Shown: positions 28,474 to 38,280, counted from the stretch's first letter. The stretch: DNA of 64,000 bases from Magnetospiraceae bacterium (GCA_049605255.1 JBMYUJ010000001.1:25486-89485); one strand, 5' to 3'. The notes: generated from the letters alone by a model not told the origin. A program made the numbers and translations.

Positions 28474-29075
28474 CATCCTGGCCGTTCGGTTCGCTGTCTC
28501 GTGGCACCTATCAGGTGGTGTTGGCCGATCCGCCCTGGCGGTTTGCGACCTATTCTGAGGCGGGTCAGCAGAAATGCCCCACCTACAACACCATGACGAC
28601 GCCGGATATCGCCCTGTTGCCGGTGGCAGACCTGGCGGCGCGGCATTGCCTTTTGCTGATGTGGACCACCACCACCCATTTGGAGGACGCCCTGTGGGTC
28701 ATGATGCAATGGGGGTTCGGCTATGTGGGGGCCGGGTTCTGGCACAAGAAAACGGCGGGCGGCAAAACGGCGCTCGGCACCGGATATTGGTGGCGGGGCG
28801 CGGGGGAATTTTTGTTGCTGGGCAAACGGGGCAACCCGCCCTGCCCGCGAAAATTCATTTCCAATGTCATCGAAAGCTTTGATACCGGCGTGCTCGAAAC
28901 CACACGCGGGCGGCATTCGGAAAAGCCAGAGGAAATCCAAGACCTGGTCGACGGCCTCGCGCCGCTCGCCATCAAATGCGAGCTGTTCGCGCGGCGGCAC
29001 CGGCCTGGCTGGGAGTGCTGGGGGGATCAGTTGCCAGAGGTCAGATTACAGGGATCAGAAGGAGATAAATCATGA
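28470..29075 (+). CDS. MT-A70 family adenine methyltransferase
   Basis: VVLADPPW, WGF.Y, GTGYW.RG..E, HSEKP, ELFAR, WGDQ. Confidence 0.9.
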   Translation: MTSWPFGSLSRGTYQVVLADPPWRFATYSEAGQQKCPTYNTMTTPDIALLPVADLAARHCLLLMWTTTTHLEDALWVMMQWGFGYVGAGFWHKKTAGGKTALGTGYWWRGAGEFLLLGKRGNPPCPRKFISNVIESFDTGVLETTRGRHSEKPEEIQDLVDGLAPLAIKCELFARRHRPGWECWGDQLPEVRLQGSEGDKS

Positions 29076-29707
29076 GCGCCGCGCGAAAGGTCGATCCCCG
29101 TTGGTTGCAGTTGAACAAGGCGATCCGCGCCGCCGAGAAGAGCCGGGGGATGTCGCGAGACGATCATGCGGCCCTGGTGCTCCGGATCACCGGGCGGGAC
29201 AGCCTGAAGGGCGCGAAGCTGCACGAGATGAACAAGGTGTTGAATGCGCTGAACGGTAAAGCGGGCAAGGCCTCTGCCGCCGGGCGGCTCGATAACGCCG
29301 ATCCGCTGGTATCGAAAATGCGGGCGCTGTGGATATCGTTGCATCATTTGGGGGAGGTGACAGATCCATCGGATAACGCCTTGATTGCCTTCGCCGCGCG
29401 GCAGATCGGTGTGACGCCCGGCATTCAATGGCGGCCCTCCCCGGTGCAGGCACCGAAAATTATCGAGGCGCTGAAGGCTTGGTGTGAACGCGTCGGGGTG
29501 GTTTGGACGGATGGTAGCCCGCGGGTGGATGTCTACCGCGCGCAATGCCGGAAAATCTATGGGGACGATGTGGATGCGGGGGCAGTCCTGGACGATTTAG
29601 CAGGTTGTTTCCCCGATCTCTCCCACAAAGACCAGGACGCGCTGATCCGCGAGCTGGGAGCGAAGATTCGCGCGGCGAAGGCCGAGCAGGAGGCGGACAA
29701 TGGCTAA
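29072..29707 (+). CDS. gemA: GemA (Mu gp16, DUF1018) family regulatory protein
   Basis: TGRDSLK, KMRALWISL, IIEALKAW. Confidence 0.8.
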   Translation: MSAARKVDPRWLQLNKAIRAAEKSRGMSRDDHAALVLRITGRDSLKGAKLHEMNKVLNALNGKAGKASAAGRLDNADPLVSKMRALWISLHHLGEVTDPSDNALIAFAARQIGVTPGIQWRPSPVQAPKIIEALKAWCERVGVVWTDGSPRVDVYRAQCRKIYGDDVDAGAVLDDLAGCFPDLSHKDQDALIRELGAKIRAAKAEQEADNG

Positions 29708-30185
29708 TCCCCAATTCCACCGCTACGGCGCGCCCTGGACGCCGCCTGAAGATCGCCAGCTTGCCGATCTGCGGCGCGCGGGCAAAAGCCTGGCGGAGAT
29801 CGCGCGGCAAATGGGCCGCCCGGTGGATGCCCTGAGGAAACGGATGCAGAGATTGAACCTGCCCCGCCCCGGCGCGGGCGGGGCATTATCGGAGCCGGAA
29901 AAAGAAAAGCTGGCGCGGCAACTGGCAGAATTGTTCGTTAAGGGCCTTTCCATCAGCGCGATCGCCAGGGTGATGGGCAAATCCGAATGGTGGGTCTGCA
30001 CCCATTCTGACGATTTGGGTATCAGCCGCCAAACCGCCGATCGGATCGTAAGGGAAATGGACGAAAAGGCCGCGCAACGGAAAGCTCGGTCCTGCCTTTC
30101 CTGCGGCGTGGTGTTCGATAGCTGGGGGCCGGGGAACCGGTTGTGCCCTGCCTGCCGGATCGATCCGACGCGGATGCACGTGTAA
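29700..30185 (+). CDS. GcrA/Myb-like HTH protein with C-terminal zinc finger
   Basis: WTPPEDRQLADLRRAGKSLAEIARQMGR; CLSCG...CPAC. Confidence 0.6.
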   Translation: MANPQFHRYGAPWTPPEDRQLADLRRAGKSLAEIARQMGRPVDALRKRMQRLNLPRPGAGGALSEPEKEKLARQLAELFVKGLSISAIARVMGKSEWWVCTHSDDLGISRQTADRIVREMDEKAAQRKARSCLSCGVVFDSWGPGNRLCPACRIDPTRMHV

Positions 30186-30559
30186 TGCCCGGCCTGCCCG
30201 GCATCATGGCGCAGATCGCCGAAGTGACGTCGGAAGAGACCGCGCGCAAGATCATGCGCGCCTGGGGGGGGACGCCGCAAAAACTTCCTGTGCGCCCAAC
30301 GCGGCGGTGCAACCTCTCCCGATTGGTTGGATTTGAGAATGCCGTAAAAATCGTTACGGAGATCGGCCATGGGACCGTGGATATTCCGGCAGGCGATCAA
30401 CGTTGTGGCGGACGGCGCCGGGCACGGGCAGTGGAAATGCTGGCGGCGGGCGCGTCTCTTGCCGAGGTTGCCAACGCCCTTGATATGTCGGTGCCCGGGG
30501 TTCGGCATATTCGGCGGAAAATGAAAGACGATCTCCCCCTATTCCCGGATTCGGAATAA
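30185..30559 (+). CDS. Mor/C-like late transcription activator
   Basis: IAEV...WGG...LVGFENA...IP, C-terminal HTH; position before lysis genes. Confidence 0.75.
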   Translation: MPGLPGIMAQIAEVTSEETARKIMRAWGGTPQKLPVRPTRRCNLSRLVGFENAVKIVTEIGHGTVDIPAGDQRCGGRRRARAVEMLAAGASLAEVANALDMSVPGVRHIRRKMKDDLPLFPDSE

Positions 30560-30590
30560 CACCCACCCGCGCCGAGATGGCCGTGCACCC

Positions 30591-30635
30591 TGATCAGGTG
30601 ATCAGGGCTATTTGATTCCGGGATGGCGTTAGCTT
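30591..30635 (+). promoter_or_regulatory. Putative activator-dependent late promoter (lysis operon)
   Basis: TGATCAGGTGATCAgGGCTA-N19-TAGCTT; same layout at 38554. Confidence 0.7.
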
Positions 30636-30672
30636 CGCGGGCAGATATTGCATCGCACCGAAGGCTGCCCCG

Positions 30673-31251
30673 ATGATCCGAGACGAAGACCTTGCCCTGT
30701 TTAACGCCGCGATGGCGATCACCCTCCCCCGGGAGGGTGAATTTGTCAATGACCGGCTTGATCCGGGCGGCGCCACCAATTTCGGGATTTCCATTCGCTG
30801 GCTGAAATCCATCGGCGATTTCGATGGGGATGGCCGCCTGGACGGCGATTTGGACGGCGATGGGGATGTGGATATCGACGATATCCGCGCCCTGACGCCG
30901 GAAACAGCCCGGCAGTTCTACTACATCCATTTCTGGCACCCCTATCGGTATGACCTTTACCCCGCTGGGATCGGCTGGAAGGTGTTCGATGCCACGGTGA
31001 ATATGGGCTCGAAACAGTCTCATAAGCTTTTGCAACGGGCCTTGCGCGCTAACGGGCACCGGTTGGTGGATGACGGCCAGGTGGGGCCCCTGACACGCCA
31101 GGCGCTGATGGCCTCGCATAATGATATCCACGCCGTTTTGGTGGGCTTCAAAGAATCGCAGGCCGGGTTCTACCGATCGTTGATCGCCGCGAAGCCCTAT
31201 CGGGAGAAATACCGCACCGGCTGGCTGCGCCGCGCCTATGACGAAGATTGA
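30673..31251 (+). CDS. Endolysin, glycoside hydrolase family 108 + PG-binding
   Basis: EGEFVND..DPGGATNFGI, FDATVNMG, DGQVGPLT, GWLRR. Confidence 0.9.
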   Translation: MIRDEDLALFNAAMAITLPREGEFVNDRLDPGGATNFGISIRWLKSIGDFDGDGRLDGDLDGDGDVDIDDIRALTPETARQFYYIHFWHPYRYDLYPAGIGWKVFDATVNMGSKQSHKLLQRALRANGHRLVDDGQVGPLTRQALMASHNDIHAVLVGFKESQAGFYRSLIAAKPYREKYRTGWLRRAYDED

Positions 31252-31598
31252 GGGTGAGTGAGATGGAGAACGGGACCGCCGCCTATACCGGATGGGCGAT
31301 CGTGGAATTGATGGGGCATCGAGTGATCGCCGGGCAGGTGCAGGAGGTCAGCCAGTTCGGTTGTTCCATGCTGCGGGTCGATGTGCCCGGCACGGATGGG
31401 ATCGTTGCCAGCCAGTTTTATGGCGGCAACGCGATCTATTGCCTGACGCCCTGCGACGAAACCGCCGCCCGCGGTGTGTTGGAGCGCCGATACAGCCTGC
31501 CAGAGCCGGTGCGCCTGGCCCTTCAAGATCAGAGCGAGGGCGCTCGGGATCGGGAAAATCTCGACCTGTGGGTCGGTGAGGACGAGGACGATTATTGA
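31248..31598 (+). CDS. Phage hypothetical protein
   Basis: WAIVELMGHR..AG...LRVDVP pattern. Confidence 0.65.
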   Translation: MRVSEMENGTAAYTGWAIVELMGHRVIAGQVQEVSQFGCSMLRVDVPGTDGIVASQFYGGNAIYCLTPCDETAARGVLERRYSLPEPVRLALQDQSEGARDRENLDLWVGEDEDDY

Positions 31599-31876
31599 TG
31601 AAAAAGTTTCTTTACATTTTTGCGATGATCGTGCCCTTGGGTGCCTGCGGGCTGACGCCGCAAGGAGACCTGGTGCGCGAGGTGGTGAAATCCAAATCCG
31701 AACAGGCGGGCGAGGCCACCTTGGAAAATACCGAGTGGTTGTTGTGCGATGCCGCCCGCGTCGGGTCGGTGCTGGACCGCTACGGCGATCGGGAGCGCTG
31801 GCAAGCCTATCTGACGCTGTGCCGAGGTGTGCGCGATATCGATGCACCCCAAACGGTGCGGGAGCGTACCCGGTGA
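31598..31876 (+). CDS. Lipoprotein
   Basis: MKK plus hydrophobic stretch and LGAC lipobox. Confidence 0.7.
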   Translation: MKKFLYIFAMIVPLGACGLTPQGDLVREVVKSKSEQAGEATLENTEWLLCDAARVGSVLDRYGDRERWQAYLTLCRGVRDIDAPQTVRERTR

Positions 31877-32655
31877 ATCTCGACCCCAAAGACCGATTGT
31901 TGGCACAAACCTGCGCCCGGCTTTGCGCGCTGGCCTATGAGAACCATGACCGTGCCACCGTGCAGGCCGGGCTGAAGGATTTGGGTATCGATCATGTGAC
32001 GTTCTTTCAGGATGATCGCACGGGCGCCGACGGCTATCTCGCCTGGCGATCAGACAGCGCGGGACCGGTCTATCTGGTGTTCGCCGGGACGGAAGTTTCG
32101 AAGGGCGAATGGGAAGATGTTCTGACCGATGTCAAAATCCGCCGCCGCGAAGTTCCGCAACCGAACTATGGGCGCAATGTGGGGGTGCATCGGGGGTTTT
32201 TGGCCCAATGGGAGGCGGTGCGCAAAGACGTTTTGCAAATGCTGGATACGCTCGGGGCGCCGGTTTATCAAACGGTGATCACCGGCCATAGTTTGGGCGG
32301 TGCCGTGGCGATCTTGGCCGCCTTCGAGTTGAGCTGCGGAAACTTGGTGACCTTCGGCGCGCCCCGGGTTGGCGATGCCGTGTTTGCCGATGTGATGAGT
32401 GAGATCACCCCGCACCACCACCGTTTCACCCGGGGTGTGGATATCGTGCCGTTGTTGCCGCCGCTTAGTTTTGGCTACCGGCATGATTGCAACGAGCTTT
32501 ACCTGACCGGCAACGGCCAGGTCTCCCGCTGGCCCTGGTGGCGGGCCATGGCACGCCGGGCGCGGCAGGCGGCCTTGGGCGGGTTTTCTTTGTTCGGCTT
32601 TCCCATGCGCCTGCTCGATGACCATTGGATCGACCGATATTTGGGGGACCTTTAG
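31873..32655 (+). CDS. Lipase class 3 family protein
   Basis: VHRGF, TGHSLGGAVA, TFGAPRVG, DIVP, DH; GTGA overlap. Confidence 0.9.
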   Translation: MNLDPKDRLLAQTCARLCALAYENHDRATVQAGLKDLGIDHVTFFQDDRTGADGYLAWRSDSAGPVYLVFAGTEVSKGEWEDVLTDVKIRRREVPQPNYGRNVGVHRGFLAQWEAVRKDVLQMLDTLGAPVYQTVITGHSLGGAVAILAAFELSCGNLVTFGAPRVGDAVFADVMSEITPHHHRFTRGVDIVPLLPPLSFGYRHDCNELYLTGNGQVSRWPWWRAMARRARQAALGGFSLFGFPMRLLDDHWIDRYLGDL

Positions 32656-33048
32656 TTGAGCAACGACATTTTACAATTTCTCACCTTCGGGCTTGATATC
32701 GCCTGGAAGGCCGGGACCCTGGGGGTGGCGATCTGGCTGTTTGTTCATCGCAATGGGCTGAACGCCACCAAGGCGGTGGCCGATCTCAAGGATCATATCC
32801 ACTCGGAATTCAGCGCGCTCGATAAGCGGATCACCGGGGTGGAGGCGCGGATGAATGCCGCACCTTGCCAGTCGGATCAACAGCAGTTGCACGACCGGAT
32901 TTCCATGAACCGGGATCAGGCGAACCGGGCGCTCGACGAGGTGAAAGATATGTGCCACGGGCTGGCCGCCGGCCTTGCCCGGGTCGAAGAATTTATGAAA
33001 TCCGTGAACAATCGTGTCGATGACCTTCGTGAAATGGTGAGAAAATAA
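32656..33048 (+). CDS. TM + coiled-coil protein (Mu gp25/DUF2730-like)
   Basis: N-terminal TM, coiled coil, position before gp26/gp27. Confidence 0.6.
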   Translation: MSNDILQFLTFGLDIAWKAGTLGVAIWLFVHRNGLNATKAVADLKDHIHSEFSALDKRITGVEARMNAAPCQSDQQQLHDRISMNRDQANRALDEVKDMCHGLAAGLARVEEFMKSVNNRVDDLREMVRK

Positions 33049-33341
33049 TGTCCTATGAAGACGATGCGCCTGGCCGCCGCCTACTGATCCTGACGCTGCT
33101 GAATGCGGATCGGCAGTACAGCCTCAACCACGAGGTTTTGCGTAAAAGCATCGACCGGATGGGGCTTTATTCGGTGACCGATGATGTGGTGAAGCGAGAC
33201 CTCGCCTGGTTGCAAGATCAAGACCTGGTCGCCTGCGAACAGGTAGACCATTACGTTGTGGCCCGCCTGACCCGCTCGGGTGGCAATTACCTGGATGGGC
33301 AGATCACCATTCCCGGCATCACCCGCCCGCGACCGGTTTAA
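33048..33341 (+). CDS. Mu gp26-like winged-helix protein
   Basis: RRLLIL..L, DLAWLQDQDLV, PGITRP. Confidence 0.75.
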   Translation: MSYEDDAPGRRLLILTLLNADRQYSLNHEVLRKSIDRMGLYSVTDDVVKRDLAWLQDQDLVACEQVDHYVVARLTRSGGNYLDGQITIPGITRPRPV

Positions 33342-33351
33342 GGGGCGTTTA

Positions 33352-33903
33352 ATGGCCCGTCGAAGCAGCCTTGAAACCCTACCGCCGAAGATCCTCGCCC
33401 AGGTCAATTTTCTGATCGGCGACGGGCGCTACACCATCGACGATGTGGTTGCCCATTTGCAGGAGATCGGCGAGCCCCGGTCCCGATCGGCGGTGGGGCG
33501 TCATGCAGCAAAAATCAATCTGGCGGCGGCGCGGCTGAAGGAATCCCGCGCGGTGACCGAAGCCCTGGTGACAGAGCTGGGGGATTCCGCCGCGCAAGGT
33601 AAGCAGGGGCGCCTCCTGGTGGAAATGGCGCGCTCCCTGGTGTTCGATGTGATGACGGCGCTGGAGCCCGGCGATATCAATGCCAAGGATGTGGCCAATC
33701 TCGGCAAGGGCCTCGCGGAGCTGGGCCGCGCGCTGCGCCTGGATCAGGACTTCGAAGAAAAGGTACGCACCCAGGTCGCCAAGGAAGAACGGGAAAAAGC
33801 GGCGGATACCGCCACCAAGGTGGCGCAGCAAAACGGCCTTTCTGCCGATACCGTGGCGGCCATCAAGGCGGAAATTCTCGGCATTCGCGTGGAACCATCA
33901 TGA
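33352..33903 (+). CDS. DUF3486 / Mu gp27 (terminase small subunit)
   Basis: RRSSLETLP, SRSAVGRH, GLS.DT...IKAEILGI. Confidence 0.85.
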   Translation: MARRSSLETLPPKILAQVNFLIGDGRYTIDDVVAHLQEIGEPRSRSAVGRHAAKINLAAARLKESRAVTEALVTELGDSAAQGKQGRLLVEMARSLVFDVMTALEPGDINAKDVANLGKGLAELGRALRLDQDFEEKVRTQVAKEEREKAADTATKVAQQNGLSADTVAAIKAEILGIRVEPS

Positions 33904-35510
33904 CCCCGGAAGCCGCCCAAGCCATCCCCGAATTCATGGTTTCCGGGGCGGTCGATATCCCGGATGTATTGCTGCCGTACCAACAGCAGCTCCTCGCCAC
34001 AACGGCAGTTAACCGGGTTACCGTTTGCGAGAAATCACGCCGCATCGGTGTTACCTGGGCTATTGGGGCCGATGCGGTGCTGACCTCCGCAGCCGCGCGA
34101 AATGCGGGCGGCATGGATACCATGTATATCGGCTATAACTTGGATATGGCGCGGGAGTTTATCGACACCTGTGCCATGTGGGCGAAGGCGTTCAATAAGG
34201 GTGCCTCGGCTGTCGAGGAATTCATTTTCAAGGATCGCCATAGGGACGGCGACAAGGATATCCAGGCCTTTCGGGTCTCGTTCGCGTCCGGGTTTGAGAT
34301 TGTCGCCCTCACCTCCAACCCGCGCTCTTTGCGTGGCCGCCAAGGCTACCTGATCTTCGACGAAGCCGCCTTCCATGATGACCTTGCAGGCATGCTGAAG
34401 GCTGCCATGGCATTCTTGATCTGGGGCGGTAAGCTGCTGGTGATCTCGACCCATGACGGGGAAGAAAATCCCTTCGCCGAGCTGGTCGATGATATCCGGT
34501 CTGGTCGCAAGCCATACGCCCTCGCCCGAACCACCTTTGATGACGCGGTCGCCGACGGGCTTTATGAGCGGGTCGCCATGATCCTGAAATCCCGCGGCGC
34601 AACCATCGAACCCAAAACCAAGTGGGTGGACGGCATCTATGCCTTCTATGGTGATGATTCCGACGAAGAGCTGCGGGTTATTCCCGCCTCCGGATCGGGG
34701 GCGTTCCTGACCCGGGCGTTAATTGAAGCGCGGATGCAGGACGGAATTCCAGTGCTGCGCTGGTCGGAAAAACCGGAATTCACCCATAAGCCGGATGCGG
34801 TTCGCACCACCGCCGCGCGGGATTGGTGGGAAGAAAACATCCTTCCCGAGATCACTAAAATCCATCCCCGCCTGCAGGTGGATTTCGGCATGGATTTTGG
34901 TCGGATCATCGACCTCTCGGTTTTCTGGCCGTTAGTACGGGAGCAAAACTTGGTGCGCCGCACCCCCTTCGTTATCGAAATGCGCGGCATTCCGTTTCAA
35001 CAACAAGAGCAGATTGTTACCTGGACGGTGGAGGCGCTGCCGCGCTTCGGCGCGGGGGCTATGGATGCGCGCGGCAACGGCCAATATCTGGCGGAACGTA
35101 TGCAGCAAAAATTTGGCGAAGATCGTGTCGAGGCGGTGATGCTTTCAGAAGGGTGGTACCGGGAGCAAATGCCCGCCTACAAAGCCGCCTTCGAAGACGG
35201 CAACATCATCCTGCCGAAGGATGCAGATATCCTGGATGATCACCGCGCTTTCAAGAAAATCCGGGGTGTCGCCCGCATCCCCGACCAACGCACCACAGGA
35301 GCCGATAAGGGGAAGCGCCATGGCGATTCCGGTATCGCCGGGGCCCTGGCGGACTATGCCTCGCGCAAAGACGTTCACCCCATTGGGTTCACCAGTTGCG
35401 GGGAGAGCCTTGCGGCGGCGGGCGCTTTTGGTGGCCGATCGGGCGGGGTGGATATGGAGCGCGGCTGGGGCCGGGTGCGCAGTGATCTTTCCGGCATGGG
35501 AGACTATTGA
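33900..35510 (+). CDS. terL: Terminase large subunit (Mu gp28-like)
   Basis: LLPYQ, EKSRRIGVT, LRGRQG.LIFDEAAFH, GMDFGR, HGD. Confidence 0.95.
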   Translation: MTPEAAQAIPEFMVSGAVDIPDVLLPYQQQLLATTAVNRVTVCEKSRRIGVTWAIGADAVLTSAAARNAGGMDTMYIGYNLDMAREFIDTCAMWAKAFNKGASAVEEFIFKDRHRDGDKDIQAFRVSFASGFEIVALTSNPRSLRGRQGYLIFDEAAFHDDLAGMLKAAMAFLIWGGKLLVISTHDGEENPFAELVDDIRSGRKPYALARTTFDDAVADGLYERVAMILKSRGATIEPKTKWVDGIYAFYGDDSDEELRVIPASGSGAFLTRALIEARMQDGIPVLRWSEKPEFTHKPDAVRTTAARDWWEENILPEITKIHPRLQVDFGMDFGRIIDLSVFWPLVREQNLVRRTPFVIEMRGIPFQQQEQIVTWTVEALPRFGAGAMDARGNGQYLAERMQQKFGEDRVEAVMLSEGWYREQMPAYKAAFEDGNIILPKDADILDDHRAFKKIRGVARIPDQRTTGADKGKRHGDSGIAGALADYASRKDVHPIGFTSCGESLAAAGAFGGRSGGVDMERGWGRVRSDLSGMGDY

Positions 35511-36982
35511 TGGCGAAGGCGAAAATCCGGTCAAAGACCGCGCCGATCTATGCGGAAATCGCCGCGAGCGGGTCGGATGCCGAGCGGTATCTGAACGCGT
35601 ATGTGCAAGAGATAGCCATCACCGAAGATCCGATTTTGAAAAGCCTGGGCGGTGATCTTTCGCATTATGAACGACTGCTCACCGACCCGCAGATTTTTAG
35701 CACTTTCCAGCAGCGGCGCCGTGCCGTGACCTCCACTGAATGGGAAGTGGAGCCCGGGGGCACCAGCCGCCAATCGAAAAAGGCAGCGGATTTCTTGCGG
35801 GAGAATCTGAGCGCCATCAAATGGGACCGGCACACGGACAAGATGCTGTATGGCCTGTTCTATGGTTTTGCCGTGGGCGAGATGATGTGGATGAACGATG
35901 GCGCCCATGTGGCCATCGACATGATCAAGGTGCGCAAGGCGAAGCGATTCCTATGGGGGGTGGATGGCGGATTGCGATTGCGCAAAAAAGGCCACCCCAA
36001 GGGCGTCGGCATGCCCGACCGAAAGTTTTGGACCTATACCGCCGGGGCGGACAATGACGACGAGCCCCATGGCATCGGCCTTGGCCATTACCTTTATTGG
36101 CCAGTCTGGTTTACCCGGAACGGCGCGAAGTTCTGGGCTTTGGCTCTGGAAAAGTTCGGCGGCCCCACCATGGTCGGCAAGCATCCCGCTGGGGCGACCG
36201 AGGAAATGGTCAAAACCCTGTTGCAGGCGGCCATGGCGGCGCGCACCGATGCGGCGGTCGCGATCCCCGAAGGCATGGCGTTGGAGGTTCTGGAATCCGC
36301 CCGGCGGGCGGGCGGCGATTTCCAGGAGTTTCTGCGTTATTGGGATGCGGCGAAATCCAAGATCATCGTGAGCCAGACCATGACCACGGATGATGGGTCC
36401 TCGCTGGCCCAAGGCCAGGTGCACATGGATGTGCGCCAGGACGTGGTGAAAGGCGATGCCGATCTACTGTGTGAAAGCTTCAACGAAGGCCCCGCCACCT
36501 GGTTGACGGAATGGAACTTCCCCGGTGCGGAACCGCCCCGGGTCTGGCGGATCACCGAAGAGCCCGAAGACCTGAACACCGCCGCTGATCGCGATCAAAA
36601 ACTTTATGCGATTGGCTGGGAGCCGTCAGGTGAGCGGGTGAAGGATACCTATGGCGACGGATACGAAAAACGCAAAACCGCAGCGCCCGACGCCGCTGAT
36701 GATGATGCCGACCCAAAAAAGGAAGATGACGCCAGCTTTGCTGAACCCACCGATGCCTTCGAACGGTTTATCGAAGAGATCAGCGATTCCGAAGCCATGG
36801 CCAAAACCATGGGCCCGGTGTTGGATCCCCTGATCGACCTGGTCAATGCCGCGCAATCCTACGAGGAGCTGACACAGAAACTTCCCAGCATCACCGGTGC
36901 CATGCAGGTGGATGACCTGGCCGAGTCCCTCGCCCGGGCGCTGTTCGCCGCCAATATCGCAGGCCGGGTGCAGGACGGCTAG
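35507..36982 (+). CDS. Portal protein (Mu gp29, DUF935)
   Basis: YGFAVGEMMW, LEKFGGP..VGK, SQTMTTDDGSS..QGQVH. Confidence 0.92.
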   Translation: MMAKAKIRSKTAPIYAEIAASGSDAERYLNAYVQEIAITEDPILKSLGGDLSHYERLLTDPQIFSTFQQRRRAVTSTEWEVEPGGTSRQSKKAADFLRENLSAIKWDRHTDKMLYGLFYGFAVGEMMWMNDGAHVAIDMIKVRKAKRFLWGVDGGLRLRKKGHPKGVGMPDRKFWTYTAGADNDDEPHGIGLGHYLYWPVWFTRNGAKFWALALEKFGGPTMVGKHPAGATEEMVKTLLQAAMAARTDAAVAIPEGMALEVLESARRAGGDFQEFLRYWDAAKSKIIVSQTMTTDDGSSLAQGQVHMDVRQDVVKGDADLLCESFNEGPATWLTEWNFPGAEPPRVWRITEEPEDLNTAADRDQKLYAIGWEPSGERVKDTYGDGYEKRKTAAPDAADDDADPKKEDDASFAEPTDAFERFIEEISDSEAMAKTMGPVLDPLIDLVNAAQSYEELTQKLPSITGAMQVDDLAESLARALFAANIAGRVQDG

Positions 36983-36984
36983 GC

Positions 36985-38280
36985 ATGGCCACGGTTTCCC
37001 CCTTCGGTTTGGAGCCGGAGGATTCGATCCAGTTCTTTCGGAAGAAGGGTTTCGCCCTCGGCTTTGATTGGCGGGATGTCTGGAAAAAAGAGCATGCCGT
37101 CGCCTTCACGGTCGCGAAAGCCATGCGCCTCGATATCCTGGAGGATATCCGCGCTGCCGTGGATGCGGCGATCAAGAACGGGATCACTTTTTCCGAGTTT
37201 CAAAAGGGCCTCGAACCCATTTTGAAAGCCAAGGGATGGTGGGGCAAAGGCATGGCCTTTGACCCCAAAACCAAAACCCTGAAGCGGGCGCAGCTCGGCT
37301 CCCCGCGGCGGCTTCGGGTGATCTATGATACGAACCTGCGCATGGCCCATGCGGCGGGCCGCTGGCAGCGCATCGCGGCGGTGGCCGACCGGCGGCCCTG
37401 GCTGGTCTATATCACGGCAGGCGATTCCCGGGTCCGCCCAGCCCACCGGCGGTGGCACTACGTCGTGCGGCGTTGGGATGACCCATTCTGGGATACCCAT
37501 TATCCACCGAACGGCTGGTTCTGCCGCTGCATCATCCTGCAGTTGTCTGATCGGGATTTGGCCCGCCTAGGGCTCACGGAATCACCACCGCCGGTGATCG
37601 ATCTCGAGCCCCGGCTCAACACCCGGCGCGGCAAGATGGATTTCGTGCCCCAAGGTATCGATACCGGGTTCGATTACAATGTGGGCAAGGCCCGCCTCAG
37701 GGCCTTCACCCCGCCGCCCGATGGCGGCCTGCCGACCTCGTTTCCGTCCGATATCCCGTTGCCGCCCTTGCCGCCCGCCCGGCCCGCGGCGGCGTCACGT
37801 CTCTTGCCAGACAATCTGCCGGACGAGGATTATATGGATGCGTTCCTGGCTGCGTTTGGCGCGGTCCGGGGCAAGCCGGTGATCTTTACCGATGTGGCGG
37901 GCGAAGACCTGGTGGTGAGTGAGGGGCTCTTCCACGAAAAGGATAAGGCCGGAAACTTGCTCTTTTCGAAGGTGAAGAAATTTGGCCGACACCCCTACAT
38001 GCGTCTGATCGCCGAAACCTTGAAAGACCCGGATGAAATCTGGTGGGTGTGGGAAGAAGATACAGATACCCCGGGCGTTTATCATTTGAAGCGCCGATTC
38101 ATCGGTCGCTGGCAACTTCCCAACCAGCAGGTGCCCGGTCTCGCGGTGTTCGAGCATCATCCGAGAACCGGCTGGCGGGCCGCGACGGCGTTCGCGCCAA
38201 ATGCCAGGAAATCTCTAAATAAGCAATCAAAGAGTCTGGAAAAGGTGCGGGGCGGCACCCTGGCCTATCGCCGAAAATAA
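36985..38280 (+). CDS. MuF minor head protein (gp30) with C-terminal PBECR2-type nuclease domain
   Basis: AFTVAK, RLRVIYDTN, DSRVRPAH, PPNGWFCRC; C-terminal IAETLKDPDEIW...RRFI...ATAF...GTLAYRR. Confidence 0.88.
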   Translation: MATVSPFGLEPEDSIQFFRKKGFALGFDWRDVWKKEHAVAFTVAKAMRLDILEDIRAAVDAAIKNGITFSEFQKGLEPILKAKGWWGKGMAFDPKTKTLKRAQLGSPRRLRVIYDTNLRMAHAAGRWQRIAAVADRRPWLVYITAGDSRVRPAHRRWHYVVRRWDDPFWDTHYPPNGWFCRCIILQLSDRDLARLGLTESPPPVIDLEPRLNTRRGKMDFVPQGIDTGFDYNVGKARLRAFTPPPDGGLPTSFPSDIPLPPLPPARPAAASRLLPDNLPDEDYMDAFLAAFGAVRGKPVIFTDVAGEDLVVSEGLFHEKDKAGNLLFSKVKKFGRHPYMRLIAETLKDPDEIWWVWEEDTDTPGVYHLKRRFIGRWQLPNQQVPGLAVFEHHPRTGWRAATAFAPNARKSLNKQSKSLEKVRGGTLAYRRK

